A stretch of DNA of 64,000 nucleotides, from NCBI GenBank assembly GCA_965224245.1, contig OZ245046.1, forward strand, positions 4,864,001-4,928,000, given 5' to 3'. Under the pieces are notes generated by a model. It was given only the letters and a program-made list of their open reading frames with translations, had not been told where the DNA came from and ran no database searches. Each line of letters starts with the position of its first letter. Position 1 is the first letter of the stretch. Both the position numbers and the translations under genes were made by a program. Of the stretch, positions 57,862-64,000 are shown piece by piece. This DNA comes from Candidatus Eiseniibacteriota bacterium (GTDB taxonomy: Bacteria > Eisenbacteria > RBG-16-71-46 > CAZAMP01).

Positions 57862-60138
57862 TCACGGGAGCCGCACGACCCGTCGCACGTCCGTGCGTGC
57901 GCCCGTGTCGAGGCGGACGACGTACACCCCACTCGCGATCACGCGGCCCCTGTCGTCGAGACCGTCCCACGCGAGGTCGTGTCGCCCGGCATCGAGTCCT
58001 CCGGCGAGCAGCGTCCGGACCGACCGCCCGCGCACGTCGAAGACGCCCACCCTTACGTCGGTCGGCCACTCGAGCGTGAACGCGAGCGTCGTGGAGCTGC
58101 GGAACGGGTTCGGTCGGCTCACGAGACGCGTCACGACGTCGCTCACCGGCGGGGTGTCGAGCGCGCCGCCGAGCGCGTGAGCCGGCAGCACGACGATGTC
58201 CCCCGGATAGCTGCCGTTCGTCAGCATCACGGTCTCCTCGTCGGCCGCGATCTGCGACAGCACGAGCCCGGGCTCGGTGTACTCGCCCACGAGCACCGGG
58301 GCGATCGGGTCGCTCCAGTCGATCACGTAGAGCGTGCCCGATGCGGTGCCGGCGTAGACGATCTCCCCGGCGCCGGTGGGCGCGCCTCCGTCGGAGGACA
58401 CGACGGCCAGCGTGCGTGCGCCCACGTCGATGGAGGCGACCTCGGAGCCGACCGCGAAGTCGTATCGCACGACGCGTGCGCCCGGCTCCACCGAGCTGCC
58501 TAGGTACACCTGTTCGGGAACCGAGGAGGGCGCGACCGACTCGACTCCCGTCAGCGGCGTCACGTGGTCGATCACCGGCGCGTCCGGATCGCCGACGTCC
58601 CAGCGCGCGGTCTGGCTGGTCGTCGCGACGACGGCGAACGTGCCGTCCACGTGAAACTCGTTCACCGCGTTGGGGGTCGCACCGAAGCCGCGGTCGAAGG
58701 GGGCCTCGGGCGTCGAGACGTCGACCACGTAGAACCCGAGCGGCGACGAGCTCGAGCGCACGACGCGGCTGCCGTCCGGCGTCGCGTCCACGCTGGAGCT
58801 GAAGCCGGGAAGCGATCCGACGATCGCCGGGTTCGCGGGGTCGGTGAAGTCGACGATGTCGAAGCCCGCGAGCCCGCCGGCCACCGCGAGCGATCGCTCG
58901 GTTGGCCCCCCCGCCGCGACGCGCAAGAGCTCGTGCTTGTAGTGGCGGAGCCGCTGGACGGCGGCCGCGCCCGTCTCACCCAGAAGGACCGGGAGGCACG
59001 GATTGATCACGTCGTACACGCGGATCCGCCCTCCGGACATCCCGCCTGAGTCGGACATGAGCATGTGGTTGCCCATCGGGCGGGTGAGCGCCGCCGGCAC
59101 CACGAACTCGTCGGCGAGGCGAGCGAGGGGGCTCGGCGTCATACCGTTGCCGTGTCGATACAGCACGAGCTCCGGGCTCGTTCCACCGCGCCGGGTGAGG
59201 AAGCGATCGCCGTGCGAGGAGACGCGACGGACACCGTGGTGGCCGCGCAGGGTTCCAATCCGTTCGAGAGCCTCCGACAGCACGTGAACGAGATCCTCTC
59301 CGGCGGCGATCGTGGACGTCCCCGGGGCCCGCGCCACGGCCACGATGTTCGTCAGGTCGATGTTCTCGCCGAGCGGGATCGGAGGCGACGTTCCGTACCG
59401 CTTGACGCCGGCGCCGGTCGCGAGAACGATCTCGTGGTTACCGTTCAGGGCGACGTCGCGCACCGTGCCGGGGACGGTTGTGACGAGGCTCGTCGGGGGC
59501 TCCATCGTGAGATCCGAGACGACGAGCACGGCGGACCCGACGAAGGCGGCAGTGCCGGCGTGGGCATCGTGCGCGAGGGTCGCCTCCTCCGCAAACGGGA
59601 TGGCGGCCGACGTGAGGCTCGGGCCGCACGGCGAGGTGAGACGCACGACGACGGCGCCCAGGCCGTACTGCACGACGAGGTCGTTCCCGGACAGAGAGAT
59701 CGACCCGACGTCGCCCACGGGGCCGAGGTCGATCGTCTCGACGAGGGTCGGGTTCTCGGGATCGGAGAGGTCGTAGCGCCTCACGACGTCCATACCGGCG
59801 ACCCAGAGGCACGTGCCGTCGGGCGAGGCCACGACGTCGAACGCCTCGTCGCCGAAGCTCCCGATCTGCTCGCCGTCGTCGGCATGGATGTCGACCCCGA
59901 AGTCCCCGACCGCCACGTAGGTGTAGGAGTCCACCGAGACGGCGCCGTACTCGTCCTCCTCTCCGAGCCGTTCCCCGGCCGGGCGCCGCCCGTCCAGGTC
60001 GATCCGGCGGATTCGCCGCGCGTACTCCTCGTAGTCGATGGCGTCGCCCGTGGCGCCGGCCGGCGCGGGCAACGAGATCGTGGCCGCCGCGGCCACGATG
60101 AGGGTCAGGGAAAGAACGAGATGGGACTCGAGACGCAT
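57862..60138 (-). CDS. Secreted LVIVD-repeat (beta-propeller) protein with FlgD-Ig/T9SS-like C-terminal domain
   Basis: Signal peptide; [27 protein letters not shown] repeats; [26 protein letters not shown]. Confidence 0.85.
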   Translation of the reverse strand: MRLESHLVLSLTLIVAAAATISLPAPAGATGDAIDYEEYARRIRRIDLDGRRPAGERLGEEDEYGAVSVDSYTYVAVGDFGVDIHADDGEQIGSFGDEAFDVVASPDGTCLWVAGMDVVRRYDLSDPENPTLVETIDLGPVGDVGSISLSGNDLVVQYGLGAVVVRLTSPCGPSLTSAAIPFAEEATLAHDAHAGTAAFVGSAVLVVSDLTMEPPTSLVTTVPGTVRDVALNGNHEIVLATGAGVKRYGTSPPIPLGENIDLTNIVAVARAPGTSTIAAGEDLVHVLSEALERIGTLRGHHGVRRVSSHGDRFLTRRGGTSPELVLYRHGNGMTPSPLARLADEFVVPAALTRPMGNHMLMSDSGGMSGGRIRVYDVINPCLPVLLGETGAAAVQRLRHYKHELLRVAAGGPTERSLAVAGGLAGFDIVDFTDPANPAIVGSLPGFSSSVDATPDGSRVVRSSSSPLGFYVVDVSTPEAPFDRGFGATPNAVNEFHVDGTFAVVATTSQTARWDVGDPDAPVIDHVTPLTGVESVAPSSVPEQVYLGSSVEPGARVVRYDFAVGSEVASIDVGARTLAVVSSDGGAPTGAGEIVYAGTASGTLYVIDWSDPIAPVLVGEYTEPGLVLSQIAADEETVMLTNGSYPGDIVVLPAHALGGALDTPPVSDVVTRLVSRPNPFRSSTTLAFTLEWPTDVRVGVFDVRGRSVRTLLAGGLDAGRHDLAWDGLDDRGRVIASGVYVVRLDTGARTDVRRVVRLP

Positions 60139-60240
60139 GGACTTCCTCCGATCGGTTGCCGGCTCGCGGGCGGGGCTTCTTCTCGGAGGTATTGGTGCGG
60201 GGAGGCTGGATTTCTTCCGGGGACCGGCGGTTTTTCGTCC

Positions 60241-63200
60241 CTACGGCAACGCCACCAGCCGCCAGAGCTGGCGCGGGACCGCTCCCGTCACCGCGAGGAT
60301 GGGCGGATACCGATCTCCGTCGTCCACGTAGTCGAGGGACCGCCCGACCCCGCCCCCGCTCGTGCGGAGCCGGTACAGGTAGTCGCCGCCCAGCTCCACC
60401 GCGGTCAGCGTCCAGTACTGGTCCGCATCGTCGGCCACATCGACGATCGTGGCGGGCGCGCCGCCGTCTCCCCCGTCGATGACGCGGTCGACCCCGAGCA
60501 CCACCGGTGAGAGGCGCAGGAAGCCGGTCGTGCCGACCGGACCGAGCCGCCACCGGGACGCGTCCGAGTCGTCGGTTCCCATGAACAGAAGCGGCGGCTC
60601 GATCGCGCTCACGGTCAGGCGCTCTCCGGACACCAGCGTGGCGTTCGTGATCCGGTACACGTCGCCGGCGTCGAGATCCTCGCGCGGGCCATACTCGATC
60701 ACGTAGCCGTTCATGTCGTCGGTGTCGAGCTGGGTGTCGTTCCAGCCGCTCGTGCGGAGCTCGAGGAAGTCGGAGTCCCCGACGACGTCATTCGGACGAC
60801 CGAACGCCCAGGCCGTGAACGCGAACGGCTCGCCGGTGACCCACCGCCACCCGCCGTCGGGCTCGGCGGAATCGACGTCGCCGTCCACCTGGTAGCCGCC
60901 GATCCACACCGGCTTCGTCGCGAACGGCACGAGCGCGTCCACGAACGCGTTCTCGTCGGCGTCGGCGATGCATGCGAGATAGCCGCGCAGGCCCAGGTGT
61001 GTCCGGGCGGCCGCGTCGGCCCGTGCGGCGGGCCAGGTGATGTCGAGCTGCTCGACGAGCTCGTAGTAGTGACCGTTGGCCCCGTTCAGGACGACGTTGC
61101 CGAAGAGCACCTCGGTCGTGAAGGTCCAGTTCACGCCGGCGATCAGCGGATTGCCGGCGAGGTCGGTGACGGAGCCCGTCACCATCGCCGTGTACGAGCG
61201 CCCGCCTCCGAGCGGAGCCGCCGGCGTGAAGGTCGCGCTCGCGCCGACGGCGTCGACGGTGCCCGCCACCGCGCCGTCGGGGCCGGTCACGAAGAACGAC
61301 GAGCTGGTCACCGTGGCCGGGTCGATCGGCTCGTCGAACGTGACGCTGACCGTCGCCGACACCGGCACGTCCACGGCGCCGTTCGGGGGATCGAAGTCGA
61401 TGGCGAGGGGGCCGCGATTCGTCTCGAACGTCCATACGGCGCCCGCGGCGATCGGGCTGCCGTCGAGGTCGGTGATGTCGGTCGTCAGCGATGCCTCGTG
61501 GACCGACGCGCTCTCGAGCGGCGCGGACGGCACGAAGGTCGCCGTGGGTCCGCTGACGTTCAGCGAGCCGTCCACGTCCACGCCGTCCCGGCGCACGCGG
61601 AACGACGTGGGCGTCACGCTGCCCGGATTCACGTCCTCGGAGAACGTGGCCACGACCGAGGCGCTCTCGTCCACGTCGGTGGCGCCGTCGGCCGGGGACG
61701 TCTCGATGACGCGCGGCGGATCGGGGTCGAGCGTCGTGAAGCCGGCGTCGAACGCCACCAGCGGATTCCCCGCGAGATCCTGGATGCCGGTCGTGAGCTC
61801 GACGGTGTACGCGGTGAAGCCGTCGAGGTCACCGGTCGGCGTGAACGTGGTCGTGCTCCCGACCGTGGAGCGCGTGCCGTCGACCGGCGGCGGGCCGCCG
61901 GTCGCGCGCACCCGGAACGTGCCGGCGGTCACGCTCCCCACGTCCTCGGAGTACGTGACCGTGATCACCGCGTCGAGGGGAACGTCCACGGCGCCGTCGG
62001 CGGGGTCGATGGTGAGGACGGTTGGGCTCTCGGTGTCGACGGGCACCGTGGTGAAGCTCCAGATCACGTCGGTCTGCAGGGGGTTGCCCGCGAGGTCGGT
62101 GATGGCGGTGGTCAGGGTCGCCGTGTACGGGATGTCGCCGTCGAGCGGCGCCAGCGGCGTGAACGTGACGGCATCTCCGAACGTGGACACGGCCACGTCT
62201 CCGGCCACCGAGCCGCGCGGACCGGTCAGCATGACGCTTCGCCCGTCGACGGTGGCGGGGTCGATCTCCTCGGAGAACGTCGCCGACACGACGACGTCGA
62301 GGGGCACGTCCACCGCGCCGTCGACCGGAAACCGCTCCAGCACACCGGGGGCCTCGACGTCGGCGACCGTGAACGTGGACGTGAAGACCGCGGCGAGCGG
62401 GTTGCCGGCGAGGTCCTCGATGCCCGTCTCCAGACGAACGGTGTACGTGGTCGCGCTCGCCAGCGCCGCCGTCGGATCGAACGTGGCCATGTTCCCGGAC
62501 GCGGACACGCTGCCGGCCACGGTCCCCGTGGGTCCTTCGAGCGAGAACGTCGACGGGGTCACCGATGCTGGATCCACGTCCTCGGAGAACGTCGCCGTGA
62601 TCGAGACGCCCGGGGCCTGATCCACCGCGCCGTCGGCCGGTGAGATGCCGGTGACGCTCGGCGGCGTCACGTCGGCGATCGTGAACGACCAGACGACCTC
62701 CTCGGCAAGCGGGTTGCCGACGACGTCGGTCACGGCGCGGGTGATGCGGGCGGTGTACGCCGTCTCGCCGGCGAGGTCGGCCGAGGGTGTGAACGTGGCC
62801 GTGTTTCCGGCGGCCGCCGCGGCGCCCCCGACGGCGCCGCCGGGACCGGTGAGCGTGAACGACGCCGGCGTCACCGTGGACGCGTCGATCTCCTCGGAGA
62901 ACGACGCCCGCACGACGACGTCGGGGGCCACGTCCACGGCCTCGTCGGCCGGCTCGGTGCTGGTGACGACCGGCGGCTCGGTATCGACGAACGCGGTGGT
63001 GAAGGACCACTCGACGCCGGCCTCGAGCGGGTTGCCGGCGAGATCGCGGATGCCGGTGGTGATGCGCGCCGTGTACGCAGTCGAGCCGGTCAGCGGCGCC
63101 GACGGCGTGAGCTGCGCACTGGAGCCGCTCGCCTCGACGACGCCGGCGACGTCGCCGCCCGGGCCCGAGAGCGTGAACGTCTCGGCCGTCGCGCTGGCCG

Positions 63201-63999
63201 GATCGATCGGCTCGGAGAAGCTCGCGCTGACCACCACGCCGGGCGAGACGTCCACCGCCTCGTCGGCCGGCGACGTGGCCGTGACGCGGGGAGGCTCGAC
63301 GTCGCTCGTCGTGAACGACCACGTGAACTCGGCGGCGAGCGGGTTGCCGGCGAGGTCGGTGATGCCGGTGGTGAGCCGAGCGGTGTACGTGGTCGCGCTG
63401 GCCAGGTCGTCCGTGGGGTCGAAGGCGATGGCGCGGCCCGCGGCGTTGACGCCACCGGTCACCGCGCCGCCGGGGCCGGTGACGCGGAACGTCGACTCGG
63501 TCGCCGTCGCGGGATCGATGTCCTCGGAGAGCTCCGCGCTCACGATCACGTCCAGCGGCACGCCGGTGGCGCCGCTCGCCGGGAGCGTGGTCACGACCGC
63601 GGGGCCCTCGACGTCGACCGTCGTGAACGACCAGGTGACGTCGGCGGCGAGCGGGTTGCCGGCGAGGTCGGTGATGCCGGTGGTGAGCCGCGCGGTGTAT
63701 GTCGCGTCGCTGGCCAGGGGTCCGAACGCCTGGAACGTCACGGCGCTGCCGCTGGCGTCGACGCTGCCGGCAACGGCACCGCCGGGGCCGATCAGCGTGA
63801 ACGTGGACGTGGTCACCGACGCGGGGTCGACGTCCTCGCTGAACGCGGCCCCCACGACGACGTCGAGCGGCACGTCGATCGCGCCGTCGAGCGGCTGCGT
63901 CGCGGTGACCGAGGGGGGCACGACGTCGGCGGTGGTGAAGCTCCACTCGACGTCCGACGCGAGCGGGTTGCCCGCGAGGTCGGCGATGCCGGTGGTGAG
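60241..63999 (-). CDS. Large surface adhesin (3' part): at least 9 SbsA/Big_5 Ig repeats, C-type lectin domain, ricin-type beta-trefoil; starts beyond the window
   Basis: Repeats PP.V...P.DGA.DV..FSE..ITDLAGNPL..WSFTT; NGHYYE..W..A..WIGG..PND..WND; terminal (Q/R)xW repeats. Confidence 0.88.
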   Translation of the reverse strand, partial: LTTGIADLAGNPLASDVEWSFTTADVVPPSVTATQPLDGAIDVPLDVVVGAAFSEDVDPASVTTSTFTLIGPGGAVAGSVDASGSAVTFQAFGPLASDATYTARLTTGITDLAGNPLAADVTWSFTTVDVEGPAVVTTLPASGATGVPLDVIVSAELSEDIDPATATESTFRVTGPGGAVTGGVNAAGRAIAFDPTDDLASATTYTARLTTGITDLAGNPLAAEFTWSFTTSDVEPPRVTATSPADEAVDVSPGVVVSASFSEPIDPASATAETFTLSGPGGDVAGVVEASGSSAQLTPSAPLTGSTAYTARITTGIRDLAGNPLEAGVEWSFTTAFVDTEPPVVTSTEPADEAVDVAPDVVVRASFSEEIDASTVTPASFTLTGPGGAVGGAAAAAGNTATFTPSADLAGETAYTARITRAVTDVVGNPLAEEVVWSFTIADVTPPSVTGISPADGAVDQAPGVSITATFSEDVDPASVTPSTFSLEGPTGTVAGSVSASGNMATFDPTAALASATTYTVRLETGIEDLAGNPLAAVFTSTFTVADVEAPGVLERFPVDGAVDVPLDVVVSATFSEEIDPATVDGRSVMLTGPRGSVAGDVAVSTFGDAVTFTPLAPLDGDIPYTATLTTAITDLAGNPLQTDVIWSFTTVPVDTESPTVLTIDPADGAVDVPLDAVITVTYSEDVGSVTAGTFRVRATGGPPPVDGTRSTVGSTTTFTPTGDLDGFTAYTVELTTGIQDLAGNPLVAFDAGFTTLDPDPPRVIETSPADGATDVDESASVVATFSEDVNPGSVTPTSFRVRRDGVDVDGSLNVSGPTATFVPSAPLESASVHEASLTTDITDLDGSPIAAGAVWTFETNRGPLAIDFDPPNGAVDVPVSATVSVTFDEPIDPATVTSSSFFVTGPDGAVAGTVDAVGASATFTPAAPLGGGRSYTAMVTGSVTDLAGNPLIAGVNWTFTTEVLFGNVVLNGANGHYYELVEQLDITWPAARADAAARTHLGLRGYLACIADADENAFVDALVPFATKPVWIGGYQVDGDVDSAEPDGGWRWVTGEPFAFTAWAFGRPNDVVGDSDFLELRTSGWNDTQLDTDDMNGYVIEYGPREDLDAGDVYRITNATLVSGERLTVSAIEPPLLFMGTDDSDASRWRLGPVGTTGFLRLSPVVLGVDRVIDGGDGGAPATIVDVADDADQYWTLTAVELGGDYLYRLRTSGGGVGRSLDYVDDGDRYPPILAVTGAVPRQLWRLVALP

Positions 64000-64000
64000 C

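Noticed and set aside
60241-61100. Diversity-generating retroelement target (C-type lectin)
   Set aside because: No reverse transcriptase and no template/variable repeat pair differing at adenines was seen.

Overview
High-GC bacterial chromosomal window, probably at or next to the replication origin: two parS sites, parA-parB-bactofilin, then a DnaA-box cluster, but no dnaA in the window. Five secreted proteins end in FlgD-Ig/T9SS-like C-terminal domains and one ends in an 'SW.RIK..Y' tail. This suggests an FCB-superphylum organism outside Bacteroidota (Eisenbacteria/Krumholzibacteria/Latescibacteria-like; inference only). Housekeeping or ordinary genes include aroC, proC, nadA, sodA, an RsuA-family pseudouridine synthase, a Zn/Mn uptake operon led by a CxxC/RAPP leader ORF, an ECF sigma/anti-sigma pair, a persulfide dioxygenase-rhodanese plus TauE, and an ABC-2 exporter. 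The main discovery is a ~21.5 kb accessory block (32191-53639). Its rightward arm encodes a highly divergent Bacteroidota-type (subtype iii) T6SS-like contractile machine: TssK, TssB, TssC, TssD, VgrG, TssF, a short TssG-like protein and PAAR. Three unrecognisable membrane/secreted genes sit where a membrane complex would be expected, and no TssE or ClpV is present. Its leftward arm encodes an outer-membrane barrel, a lipoprotein, an ECF sigma, an anti-sigma, an exported TPR-CHAT protease and a second ECF sigma. A bipartite promoter-like motif (TCCGAAA-N15-CGTT) recurs with identical spacing before four transcription units of the block, tying it into one putative ECF regulon. A further gene, split by the ORF caller, is an exported selenoprotein with an in-frame UGA in a W-U-P-V-C redoxin motif and a bacterial SECIS-like hairpin. 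All family assignments are by eye and from recalled motifs; no searches were run.
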